From Phoronis australis (taxonomy: Eukaryota; Animalia; Phoronida), in NCBI GenBank assembly GCA_002633005.1, contig NMRA01000181.1, positions 1-64,000 of the forward strand: 64,000 nt of DNA, read 5' to 3'. Positions within the stretch are counted from its first letter, which is position 1. Every line of letters starts with the position of its first letter. Positions 14,557 to 27,058 of this stretch are shown here, one piece after another. The notes below the pieces were generated by a model. The model had not been told where the DNA came from and made no database searches. It saw only the letters and a program-made list of their open reading frames with translations. Position numbers and translations under genes: made by a program.

Positions 14557-15728
14557 AACAGGGACTCCTTGGAGATTTCGGCACATTAACAAATTTAAAA
14601 ATGCATCATTTTTATTATTTTTGTATCCACTAAATAATTAAATTTCCGTAAGTACTTTATAGAACTAAAAGTTAATGAGTAACACAGGACGTGAAAGTGA
14701 GCCTAACCGTATGCACATGAAAGTTTCAAAAATTCTTTAAAGTAAAATTATTGTAAAGTGTTTCAAATTTACCAACAGTTAAACACTTCAAAATTTCCAG
14801 ATTCTTTATGCTTCGAATAATCGTGAACCGAAAAGACTGAAAATTCCAAGTCCTGTGCCTGACGTATGTGCTTACTTCTAGATGATCAGCTAAAAAGTGG
14901 TAGAAAAACACCGATTAAACAGTACTACTATATGATGTTGACCAGATATATATTAAAAACCCGCCTTCCAGCAAGACAAGCGTTTGATTTAGACCACTTA
15001 CAGTTATGAAATTGATCTCAAATTGTTCCTTACAACCCATCACTGTCTGTGACCAGGGTGTACAAGTTAGTCCGTCATGGCACGTCACGTGGCGCGTCAA
15101 GCATGGTCTCAAGGAATCACGAAATGACGGTTATTTGCAACCTCAGAAGTCACTTCTCATCTGAGTACAAGACAAGTTGAGCCTGTTTTTAAAGTGAAAC
15201 GTACCGTAAATCAAAAGTTCGAAGATCGCGGGTTTACAACTGGATTAAAATGCACTGCTTCATCGATCATTCAGGTTTTACCAGCCTATCTTAATAAATG
15301 CCAGACCTTAAAATAGGCGTTGAAAGGTTTGCCTTATGAGTGGAATTGAGAAATTGAAGCAAATGTGAGTGAAGACACTCTATGGATTGCCACCTGTTTC
15401 TCCTCCGCACCCTCGATCACTACCTGGTAATTTCACTCCGAGGCCGACAATTTTTCTCCCATCTACCCCCTGTCGAGACCAGTATTACCTGCACCTTCAC
15501 TTCGTCGACACAAGTTGTACCTCTCCGACATGTGTTTGCCTACTTCCATCCCTGTGTGGTCATTTCAACAGGGCCGGAGGAATGTAAACATTCTTTGGGG
15601 TTTAACAAAAACTGATTCAACTTCGCCAAACTTTCATCATCCCGTGGGGCGGAATTTCAGACTCCTCCCTACCACCATGACTTCGCCAGTCCCGCCTTAG
15701 TCGTGCGAATTTTGATGTTGGGGAGGCG

Positions 15729-15856
15729 CAGTGGCGGATTAAGGGGGCCAAGGCCCCCTAAAATCCTCCCATGTTCCATTTGGCAGCTCAGGGGTACGAA
15801 TGTTTGGCGTAATACTTTTACCTGTCCCCCAATTCAAAATCCTGGATCCGCCCCTG
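15729..15856. mobile_element. Short MITE
   Basis: Imperfect TIRs CAGTGGCGGATT...GGATCCGCCCCTG; TSD not clean. Confidence 0.6.
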
Positions 15857-17079
15857 GGAGGAGAGGGCAAAAATTAATGAAACACCTTGATGGGGTTTAC
15901 GAGATACAATTGCCTACTGCCGGTAGTCAAGGACTGTAAAATACCCGATGGTGTGTTCTTCCATCGGCTGTTGCTTGCAAAAAAACAAAAAGCCCATTTT
16001 TTATTTTCTTAGTCAGACAGCAAACAGATGTTAAATATTAGCCGAAATCACCAGCACGTCGCAAACTGGACCCCAGAGCACCTCAAATTGCTAAAAATCA
16101 AATACTCCGGTACACAGAATGGGCAAAATTTACCGAATTTTGGCACTCCAATGAAGATAAACAGAAACCCCACTGAAAATGATAGAGAGATTCAAAGATT
16201 TTCCCATTATTTTAAACAGTTTTAAAACTACCTTACCTCCTGAACCGCTTTGAACCAAAATTGGGCTATTTTGGGACAAAATATGCATGATGCTCCAACT
16301 TAAAAAATATGGTCCAAAACTGAAACAAACATTTTGAATATATCTCACCAAGACGTCTGAACGAACATTTTTTTTCAAGATTTGAGTAGGTGACCCTAGA
16401 GTCGACCTTCATTTGCTACCATGGAATGGCAGTTAATAGGTCTGAGGCCTGTGTCTCAAATAGTTGTTTTTTGTCGGACTTTCGGCTAAAACTCAGGTCT
16501 ACGGGTGGCTTAAGGAGAGAATTAGTTTTGACTATTCGTAGTCAAAACGTAAAAGCCAATTTAGCCTCCTTAGAGAAAAGGCCGATAACGACCTCAATCC
16601 AAAAAAAATTCTAATTTGAGTATTGAACAATATGAGACCAGTTTTGTTACGGTAAGTGATCTAAATTGTTTTTCTCAGAGGGCGCGGATTTGCTGCCCCT
16701 TTAATATTCTATTAATTGCAAAAGCAAGCTAAACAAAACTGGAGTGACAAATTTATCAAGGTAGCCTGTGACACTGCATTGAAATCTAGAACAAGTTCGA
16801 TTTCCGTCAGCCCACCAGATAACATCTGTTATGGGACGTGTATAGCACCTTCTCTCAGAATTGCACTACAGAACGGAGCATGGCGTACTGACAACTCAGT
16901 GTTGGTTATGTATCTAACGGTGGTTAATGACGATAGGAATGGTTTCCGCTTGGTACAATAAGGGGAAAATAAAAAAAGCATACTATATTTTCCCAGGTAC
17001 AATGCAGTTTTCCAGCGAAACCAAAGTAATGGTCTGTAAGAGACAGTGGGTAATGTTATATCTCTTGATATCGCCTTCG

Positions 17080-17565
17080 TATACTTGCCAACTGTCCGCT
17101 CCGGGCGGGACAGTCCCGCCTTTTCAAGGTTTATCCCACCCTCCCTCTACACTATCAAGATGTCCCACTTTTTGACAGCCGGCCAAATTATATAATATTG
17201 TGATATTCCACGCCACACAATAAACACTGTTAAGCCCGGAAAGTTGGGGAGTTAATACACCTGTGATTTTCTGTTCAAGCAAAGAAAAATACTGCCAGGG
17301 TATTTTGACCCTCGTAATTTTCTGACGGAAAGAAAAAAAGATCGCCGAGACTTTCTCGGTCGCTTGCATTACACGCGAATTCAGTTCGAGCAAAAAGGAA
17401 AAAATAATAAAAAAGAATAAAAGGTAAAATATTTCATTTAGCTTATGTTTCTGTCTGCTTAGTATGACGCTTCAAACGTCGTAGACCCAAGTGTCCAGCT
17501 TTTTATCGAAATGTCCATTTTAACCCGGGGTCTCGTTTTTTCATTCTCAGATGTTGGCAACTATG
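17080..17565. mobile_element. MITE (hAT-like termini)
   Basis: TATACTTGCCAAC at the left, GTTGGCAACTATG at the right. Flanks CCTTCG / ACTTCG resemble a degenerate TSD. Confidence 0.5.
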
Positions 17566-20500
17566 ACTTCGCTTTCGAGTTCGTTTCTTCTTTCTTATGT
17601 TCTATGTAATGCTACGTAGTCGTGTTTGCTTTGTTATCACTTAAATGTTAATGAGCAAAAAAAAAAACAAAAAAACATACAGCTATTGATTCCAATAGCA
17701 TTCTATCAACACTAACCAACTGACGAGGTTTCCTAACTATTCCCCAGTCAAGGCCCGTGTATTCATAGGGAGAGCCAGCGAAACAAAAACTGTGTTAATA
17801 ATGTAATGAAGTTCGACTGTTTGCCAGAAGGCGTAAAGCAGTCGTCATTTTAAGACATTTTCTAACTTTTAAAGCATTTGAATAAGATTTTAAATAACAG
17901 ATAATTTCATTTGAAAATGTTCATTTTGCATCCAGTTTATGTTACCTTGGCGTTTAATAATAGCGCGGGACATCAACTTTCAGAATGACGTCATACTGAA
18001 CAATAGGCAAACACAAGTGAAGACGAATTAATCTTAACAACAAGTTCACCTTGAATTTTTTAAAAAGTTATATTTCGTTTTTTTTTGCCCACTACAAATG
18101 CAAAGTTGTTGGGGTCACCACAGCCGCATATACAAAGGCACCACCACCACCACAAATGTGAAATGTACATGGGTTAGTGAAAATTGATATCCTTTTTAAA
18201 CGGATTAATTTCGTTGTCGGATTTCAGTTTTACGTTTTGAAAAGTTTGAATATATTTCCCAACTTCCTGATTTGCTTACGTTCACAGTCGGCATAACTAA
18301 AGTAAACGCTTTTTGCGGAATTGAGAAAAGGGCATCAATATAAAATTAAATGCAAAAGAAGTTTTGTGACGAGCGGACCAATCTATGCCTGGTTAAGATG
18401 GCCAGCCTTCGTTCATAAATTACTTGACTTCATTTCGACGACCAGTCCCGAGACAGAACAAATCGGAGTGGTTTAGTCTCTGCTATGCTATTAGTAAAAA
18501 GACACTTATCTTCAAATTCGTTGATTGGATTATAGAGGGCGCTACGTTTCAAAATGCACTTGAAGGTAGCACTCAACAGTTTTGCTGATTATGGTCTTGG
18601 CAGCTGCAACAGTTTGTTGCACACTACGTACAAAACCTGAAAAATGTATCAAAGACGTCAATGATTCCCTTTTTCATCCGGAAGAGCAGCCGGCAAATTA
18701 AAAAAACGGACAAAAATACACCAAATCTGCTAAATTTCAACTTTCTTCTTGCAAGCAGTAAAGGTTTGATAAAAGCCAAATCTGAAAATAAAATGGGCCA
18801 AGGTGTCAAGAACTGGTAATATTTCACTCAAAGCAGACTCAACAATCAAGGTAATGTCATTCGTAGACTTCACATGTAGCACAAAATTTAAAATGCCCAG
18901 TCAACCCAGCGGGCGCTATTTATTAATAAAATTGAGGCATGTACAAGGAAATGTAAATTCAAACATGGCTCTATAAAACTAGCGAGTGCCACCAAATTTT
19001 ATTTTTCTTTTAACTCGAGAATACGGTCCACGAGTTTGAGTACGTCCTGAAAGGACTTGAGAAAAGTTCGGATATCCCATCTGATGAGCGTTACTCCAGT
19101 AATGCGTATGTGAGCAATTTACGGGTCTGAGTAGGCTTTGGTGGTAAGAGGTAGTAGCGAGCAGAAGGAGGGGGGGGGGGGGGNCCCCGGGCAACCACAA
19201 TGCTGGAGGGCATCCAATCAATATAAATACTTTTCTGAAAGTGTGACTGATCTGCAAGTAAACTGAATAAATTTTTGTTTTACGTTTCATTTCCTTTACT
19301 TTTCTTAGTACTAGGCTCCATGATTTGAATAGAGAGAGGGGCATCCAACAAAGAAATCACCAAACCTCTGCACACTACTGGTCGCAGGCCCAGTTGTGAC
19401 TGCCATCAAGATAGGTCCGATTTTTTTATCTGCTCGTGTTTTTGTCAATAGATGTCGCAGTCACAGCTGGCGCCTCTCGGGTGATAGGTGCTACCTAGGT
19501 TTTGACATTACAGCCGGTGTTCTTTATAGTCATACGGATGATGACGAAAGTCGGCAGAAAATCAATAGAGAAGACGAGCGAACCAGTCTCATACCGTGAT
19601 GGTAGCCCCTGTAACTAGGATTACGGGCTTTGTTGAATTAATAGGATTGGCAGTTTTACAAAGATTAGCCCGCTAGTAACTTGCTCTCAATGACCTTTTT
19701 GTTTTTGTGAATTAATGCGACAGATCAATAACAAAGTAGTAAGCAATGAATAAACACTAATTGTTTTGAGAATGCCAACTTTGTGACAAAAATAATTCAT
19801 GTTTGGCAGAAAATAGCATTAAAGGCTAATTATAGCAAACGGAAACAACGTGGACAACAGAGCACCAAACCTGAGTATGACTTTAACAAGTTTAATTGTA
19901 GTTCAAAAGATCAATAAAGATGTGTCGTCATACTAATAGAACATCGGGGAAATTGGAAGACACAATAGGCCTACGTACAAACAAGTGACAACATGGAAAT
20001 AAAAATTGACCATTTAGTGTCCACTGCGAAATGGCTCTACGGTAGTTTTCCTGAACAATATGTATTTAACAAGTACACAACAATCTTCCGCAGAAATCAG
20101 GCCAACATTAAAACTTGGAGTGACCTCAAATTTCCGCAGAATAATGTCGACGACACCTCACCTTGGGTGGAGTGTAAACTTGAACTCATCAGCGACACAG
20201 TGAATTCTGAGAAATAATTATCGATTAACACATGGGCGCTTAATTAGTAATTGTTCGTGTATTTTTAACCGCAACCTTGCTGCTGCATATTGACCGGGAG
20301 ATTACTACAGTAGCACATGAGGGTCAAAATACAGTAACATATAACCTCAAATTCCTGAAGGCTGATGAGCGGAAGATTGATAAAAACTATCAAATCGTAA
20401 TTTAGAAGAAACGAAATTCCTGGGCGGCAATCTAATCCGACTGAGTGTCAACCACTCAAACAGTTAAACGACGTTGCAAAACTTAAGTTAACTTATGACA

Positions 20501-22247
20501 ACGTTGATGGGCTCAGACAAGGTCTTAGTGAACTGGCTTAGTTTTTATTTCCCTGGACTTCTCCATTTGAAGTCAGTCAGTGCTCACTAAACAAAACACC
20601 AACACAAATCGACACTTGTTCTGCTTGGCAAGTTTCAAAGCACAGAGCAACGAGCAACTGTTTCAGCTGAAACGCGCTAATTAACATTACCTACTGAGAC
20701 AATAGTCTGTAACAGGGTAATTTCCGATAGGGGAAATGTCTCTGTAAATAAATAATCACAGTCTTTTAGATTTTCTAAAATTTCAAGAACGTGCCAAGCG
20801 AAAATGAAAACTTCCGTCAAATATTGTCGAACAGCAATACTTTGTGCATCAGTTCGTATCGGTTTCAGTTCCGACATAAAAGGAAACAGTGAAACATTAG
20901 AATTTCAACAGTCGCCTTTCAAATACCTGACCGAGCAATCGCCAGCTGCTAAAGAGACAATCTTTGACTTTGGCCAGTATGGTCGTCAAGGGAATTGCAT
21001 GAAAATTATTGAAAGAAATTTAAATTCAAAGAAAGAATTATTGACCGAACTGACCTCATGGCTTTGGAAGCGCAAATGCACATGTGAAAAAGTTACTGCA
21101 GAATATGGTTTGTAGCGGGCTGAATAACTAATTATACACAGTTCATTCTAATAAATAAATTACCACTATTAGTGCTTATTTCAGAGATTATTTTATCTGG
21201 CTAAAAATGGGCGCTGTGTTCAAACTGTGGCACAGCAAAGGTGACGTATGCACAATGCCGTGGTCAAATTGGGATAAGCAGTTGCGTATGCATCCGATTT
21301 ACCCGCATATTGCCAGTTTTCATGAAAATCAGAAGTTGAATGAAATGAGTTTAGAAACAAGAAGTTATTTTCATGTTGAAACGAACAGTCACAGAAATAA
21401 AGAAAAACAAACACCAAACGTAGATGATGGAATGAAGTTGGAGAAAATTGTAGACTTGGAGAGAAAACAAATAAATTCCAACAACAAAAATTGGCCACTG
21501 GATCGAGGGGCACGGTCGGGCGGGAATCAAAAACACTAAAGAAACCATACCACCTTACTTTTGGGTTTGTTTATTGTAACAACTACCATGGTGTGTTGAT
21601 TCCCGGATGACGTTCTCAAGCAAATTATTTTTGATCACGCTCAGCCTCAACTGGGAAAATGACGTCGCGTTGATTACACCCACGAAAAATTCCGACCAAC
21701 TCCCTTTCAACACAAATGTGGGCTTGACCAAGGCACTAGGAGGATTTGAAGTAGGATGTGTAACAGGGAGTATGATTTACGGCTTACTTACGTAAACATT
21801 CGATTGCTTATAACACTGACGCACGTTGTTCATCGACCAATAACAGATGCGCTGCTGAATCTATTATCTAGCGACACCTATGAGCTGCACTTGAAGTCTA
21901 AACGTTTGGAAGAATTATTCCAGAAGCAGAGCTTTAGAATACAAGACGTGAGAACGACAAAGAGGTATGTTTAGTGTGGAGGAAAAAATGATATTCGAGA
22001 GACCAGACAAATGATGAAAAACATTGTTAGCCTTAATACTTCTAATATCACCACGTAGTTCAAAGTGGCGTGTATGCAATCATGCACAAACCAGATGTAC
22101 CACAGAAGCCTACACGGAAAGTGCATAATGATAAGACGTTGTATGTTCATAATTTCGAAAGACTGAACTGAGAACCGTTCAGCTAATACTGTGTAGCTAC
22201 AGGGAAAGAACAATTCAGTAAAGAACGATTAAAAACTTTCAGGTAAT

Positions 22248-22442
22248 ATGGAGAACTCGGTAAAGATCTATTACGGTGCGTGTTTGATACTGCTAGCATC
22301 CTGCGCTGTGCTGATCTCTGCGAGAGGCATCGACACAACTCTAAGCTGTCTTGTTCGAGATTACTCCTACAACGAGAGCACGACTCACTGTTGGGATTTT
22401 GTGGCTACAAAAGCATGCTGGGGGCGATGTGACACGTCTGAG
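22248..22442 (+). CDS. GPB5: GPB5-like glycoprotein hormone beta subunit (thyrostimulin beta), copy B, coding exon 1
   Basis: MENSVKIYYGACLILLASCAVLISARGIDTTLSCLVRDYSYNESTTHCWDFVATKACWGRCDTSE: hydrophobic signal peptide, Cys1-4 with CWGRC, N-glycosylation sequon NES. Phase-0 donor GTACGA at 22443. Confidence 0.95.
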
Positions 22443-23696
22443 GTACGACTATTATAATATAAACGGCACCGAGCGATTCGTCTATACACTTAAGTAGCAC
22501 CAACACTAGTAATTTAAATTTGTGTAAATTATTCAACAGGTAATTGCAAGAACAAACTCTGATCAGCTCATTTCCTATGAATAGTAAATAAGCCCAAACT
22601 GTGCATAAAAATCAAGTTGTATAATTATGTTTGTAAAAGAAAGCTGTGTTAAACTGGCCAGCGGTGCCACTCGAATGTGCTCAAACCTCGCACGATCACC
22701 CCTTTTCTGTGGACAGGGTTGGTTATGGGTTTAGGGTTCTTTTTGACACGACACCAACAGGTTGCACAGTGAGTAAAACACGAGTTTTGCATTTGGTCAA
22801 ATGTAGTGAACTTAGTAAACCTTATTCAACTTAGCTCTTTGCAAAAATGGTTTGGATACTGGAGGTACTGATTATACTTGCACGCGGAACTTTCAAATTT
22901 AGTTTCATTTAAAGTTAGAATGTGTGATTTCAAGCGTCATCAAACAGAATTCTATAGTACTATGTTCATTTTTGGCCATCACGTTGAATATGAGGATAAA
23001 ATTGGCGATCAAGATTTTATAAAACTCCATCTTTATTACAAGTACTCGACGTTTCACAACTTCCACTGAACTGTATTATCTAGAGAATGAATACACACAA
23101 CATGCAAAACATATGGCGGGAAAATTACAGAGACCAATCAACATTCTAAAGATGAAAACAATTCTGTTAATAGGCATGTGTGTGCCGGTTACGATATATT
23201 TTGACGTTAGAGTTTTAGGTGCTAGTAAATTCCTTCTGTTTGTAAAAGAAAGTTTCAAAATTTTAAAACACAAACCCCAACTCAATAGAATATCGTCAAC
23301 CTTTTACATCCAGCTATTCACGTAGTCTCTGTAATTTTCCCGCCATAAGTTTCGCATGTTGTGTAAATTTATTCTCTTGATAATACTGCAAAGTGGAAGT
23401 TGTGAAACGACGAGTACTTTTAATAAAGACGGAATTTTATGAAACCTTCATCGTCAATTTTATACTCAGAATTCTGTAGATGTCATTCATGACATTTTTT
23501 ATTTCTGAAGTTAAAAGAAACATTATACAAATGGATTCCAAAGGTTTTTGCTTTGTCTTCGATCTGCAGATTATTTCATCGGTGGAAATTACGTCGCTTT
23601 TGTTTTTACAAACGGCGGCGACCATCCAACTCCCCTTGTGTCCGTTCATTTTAGCTGCTACAGATCATACCAAAAACGACTGTCATCTCGTTTCAG

Positions 23697-23888
23697 TATG
23701 CTTACTACAAACTGCCTTACAAAATCTGGAATCACCAAGTCTGCAACTACGACTCGCACGTGATCAAAACTGTTCACTTGACCAAGTGTCATCCAGGATT
23801 TAGACCCGAGCCAAAAGATATCATTTTCGCAACGTCGTGCTCGTGTAAGAAATGTGATGAGAAAAACACACACTGTACCACCAACTAG
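23697..23888 (+). CDS. GPB5: GPB5-like copy B, coding exon 2
   Basis: Acceptor TCTCGTTTCAG ends 23696. YAYYKLPYKIWNHQVCNYDSHVIKTVHLTKCHPGFRPEPKDIIFATSCSCKKCDEKNTHCTTN* (TAG 23886-23888). Spliced protein is 128 aa with 10 mature Cys, CxC motif and no seat-belt, i.e. the GPB5 pattern. Not in the ORF track. Confidence 0.95.
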   Translation, partial: YAYYKLPYKIWNHQVCNYDSHVIKTVHLTKCHPGFRPEPKDIIFATSCSCKKCDEKNTHCTTN

Positions 23889-24214
23889 ATGTAGGCCTAA
23901 GGATCACCGAGCCGCTTTGAATCTCGGGATTGGACAGTCCCGACTGAAACGAAGATTTGAAACGAGAAATACTACCCGTCACTGGATTGATTTCATTGTC
24001 ATGGAATTAGCATGCAAGACACCACATTAAAGTCATTTGTTCTGCCTCGTTAACTATGCACAAGAACAGTGGCTGCGCAGCCCGCCGTCGAAATATCTCA
24101 CGTTTTTGTGGGCAACCTAAATCTCATTAAGTCACTTAGTTGTGTAAATACATGTTTTAGATATTTTCTGTTAAGAAGTCGTCTGGACAGAGTTATGTTG
24201 CGTGGGACAAGTGC

Positions 24215-24220
24215 AATAAA
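24215..24220 (+). promoter_or_regulatory. Candidate polyadenylation signal of GPB5 copy B (alternative at ~24354)
   Basis: AATAAA about 330 nt after the stop, followed downstream by T/GT-rich tracts. Confidence 0.4.
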
Positions 24221-24912
24221 TCAAAATTCCCGTAATGTAATAATACTACCAGAGGCGTGAAACTTCTCACGTATAGTGAATTTTGTTTGTTTGGCTTAAA
24301 AATCAAATGTTTGACAATGATAATTTATGTTTTTGTTTTCTTCTTTCTAATTAAATAAAATTATTTTTGACAATGAAGATTTTAAAATTGCTTGGGCATT
24401 GCTTGTACGGGTATGCGGCATAAGTCACGGTTTGACCTTGAGTGCAAACAAACTACAACATTCGAAACCAACAAGGTATGGATGATACCGTGCAAAAGAA
24501 AAACAGTCTTAGTGTTTTTGAAACGGTATACCATTACCACCAACAGCCGTCACCACTATCGTGAGACCCAACACTGAACGTATCCATGTGACCAATTAAC
24601 AGTGTCACCGCATTTTTAAACGGACATAATCAGTTTAAGGGTCAAAAACTAGGAATTGTCGTTGGGTGGATAGACGTTTTAGGTTTGATCACAGCTATAG
24701 AACAGAATCTTGTCATTTTGTGATTTTATTACAAATCTACAATTCTCGCTGCGGCTGTCTGTCATTCGTCCAGCCTGGTCACAGGATCCGTTAAATACAC
24801 TTACGATACTTATCGGGTGCCTTAGCTACGGGAGCAAGAACTAATCTCGAAAAAAACATTCTCTTCTCGCAGACTGCACCACTTTAAAGCTGCTAGAAAA
24901 CCGACTTGTGTA

Positions 24913-25495
24913 AACAAGAGCAAGGCGGAGCGTTAAAATGCGCACACAACTGTACCACAAATGGCGTCACTTCTAGGAGTTAGTATTTAAAAAATGGCCA
25001 TTTGAAAGCACAGAATATATTGAACCCATCCAAAATGAGAAAGTGTCGTCTTTCAAACTATTTGCCAGAGTTCATGAAAAATCCGTCAAAGAACTCCAAA
25101 GACACAAGGAAAACGAAAAAATAAAATGCCACAATGAACCACAGCTATAGTCGAATCCATCCATTTGATGCCAAGTTAACAAGAATGCAATTATTGCAAA
25201 ATTTCAAAGACATATTGTAAGGGGTTTAGGCGATACAGCCGTAGATGCGAAAAAATGTCACTATGGGACAGTAGTTGGACCCCCTTGAAAACCAACGTCA
25301 CTCATGCTCTTGTCAGTAGAAACACATCTGCCGGGTCTGTTCGAAAGTCGTCGTCCTCTGTCGTCAGCCCCATAGGAACAAACTTGCCAATTTTCAATAA
25401 GATCCTTCAAAAAGTTTAGGAGTTACTACCGCGGAGGCCAGACAGAGATGAAGACAATATGCACCCGCATTTAAATATGTGGGCACATAAAAATG
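24913..25495 (+). mobile_element. Helentron-associated (HINE-like) modular element
   Basis: Begins AACAAGAGCAAGGCGGAGCG, homologous to 47237. Ends GACAGAGATG...ATGCACCCGCAT-TTAAAT-ATGTGGGCACAT-AAAAA, a 3' hairpin also seen at ~49926-49978. Internal modules are shared with 5740-6500 and 46930-49980. Family assignment is inference. Confidence 0.55.
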
Positions 25496-25623
25496 ATTTA
25501 GACCACGTCACCGTCATCAACGTGGTTCTAACTCCTTCCTCACTCAGATTAGAAGTGATTCTTAGGCTCGGGAAGAAGTGTCAGTGCATGAGATAATGCT
25601 CGGGGTATAAATTACAGGAAGGG

Positions 25624-25759
25624 GCAGGCCAACGTACTGAGCAGGCCAACGTACTGAGCAGGCCAACGTACTGAGCAGGCCAACGTACTGAGCAGGCCAA
25701 CGTACTGAGCAGGCCAACGTACTGAGCAGGCCAACGTACTGAGCAGGCCAACGTACTGA
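25624..25759. repeat. Perfect minisatellite, 8 x 17 bp (GCAGGCCAACGTACTGA)
   Basis: Eight identical head-to-tail copies with no spacers. Confidence 0.97.
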
Positions 25760-26478
25760 GCCTGATCTCAAGCGCTAACCAATAGACAGTTCTTCACTCA
25801 AAAAAAAAAAACTAATCTATCTGAGCAACATGCACTGAGACAAGTTTTATAACCGTAAGTGGCTTAAATCTAGTCATTTTTAAATAAGGCGGATTTATAG
25901 GAGCTTTAAATTACTAACTGCATGCTCATGCGCACTTTTAACTGATGCCAGAAATGTTGGACTGTATTGCATGCTTTATTTAACTATGATTTTAATGCAA
26001 ACTTGAAATTTCCAGAATGTGCAGGATATTTGCTACGTGATCTACTACGTTACAAAAAGCGAGCAATGAGTCAGCTGGTGGTGGTCGACCATAGTACTGC
26101 GTTCCTTGATAGCGAATCACGAGAAATACATCATGTGAATGCCGCCAATCGGGTCCATGTTCGTCATGTAACTACATATTTCGATGTGGTTATAAATGGC
26201 TGCCATCTATATCCAGCCCCCGTCCATTCGTGACTGTATCTTCTAAACCATAGGATTATTATGAATTTTACAAATGTAGTCTCATCAGTACTCCTGACAA
26301 CGGATGACGACTACTTTAGCACAGATCCGTCTACAACTGTGTCCCTCTGGTGGCAATTAAGTGCTGCTTTTCTGAGTTCCTTGACAGATTTTAATGAAAC
26401 TTAGCACTTATGTATCTATTACGATGACGACGGCATCCGTTGTATCATAACGTTGGCCGCTAGGGGTAAAGGGTTACC

Positions 26479-27058
26479 GATAAATTACGCAATTCACGAG
26501 AATAAAGAGCATACATTTAGGAGCATACGATGATCTGTTAAGGTACATGTAGGACCCTAGAAAAAAGACCAAATTTGGCTACCTGAGGAACATCATATAT
26601 GAGAAATAGGTGATTGGATTCATATGAACCTTTTAAATAGTATGGTTAATGTACTGTTCTCAAAAACTCTGTTAGGGATTGTTTTAAAAATGTTCCACTT
26701 TTGGATAAGAGATATCAAAAATAGGACGTTTATGATTTTTAACAAAAAATCAAATGTTAAATAAAACTGTAACAGGAATTTTGAGACTCTAGCTTCAGTT
26801 GGACATTTATACTAAACGGCGAGCTTAAAATTTGATCATATTATTGATGTCGTTGTTCGGCCATGAATGTACCTATCTTTTCTGCTAAATTTCATCAAAA
26901 AGACATGGTAACGTGACCCAAGGAGTTTTTGCTAAAAATCAAATTCTACAGTTTCTACTTTTTCCAGAAAATTTATACGTTCAGAGTTACATTCTGCAGT
27001 TTTGTAGATATTTAGCTAAATTGCAAAGAGTTGTCAATATGGTCCCACATAGCTTTAT
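26479..27058. mobile_element. Degenerate MITE (TTAA-type); related fragments at ~45030-45400
   Basis: Left TTAAGGTACATGTAGGACC vs right GGTCCCACATAGCTTTA (imperfect inverted). Internal AAAACTCTGT...TTCCACTTTTG and ATTCTACAG...GTTTTGTAGATATTTA recur near 45100-45370. Confidence 0.45.

Noticed and set aside
19075-19135. CTGATGA followed by a 7-bp stem (hammerhead ribozyme-like)
   Set aside because: The required GAAA after stem II is absent (GTAT) and stems I and III do not form convincingly.
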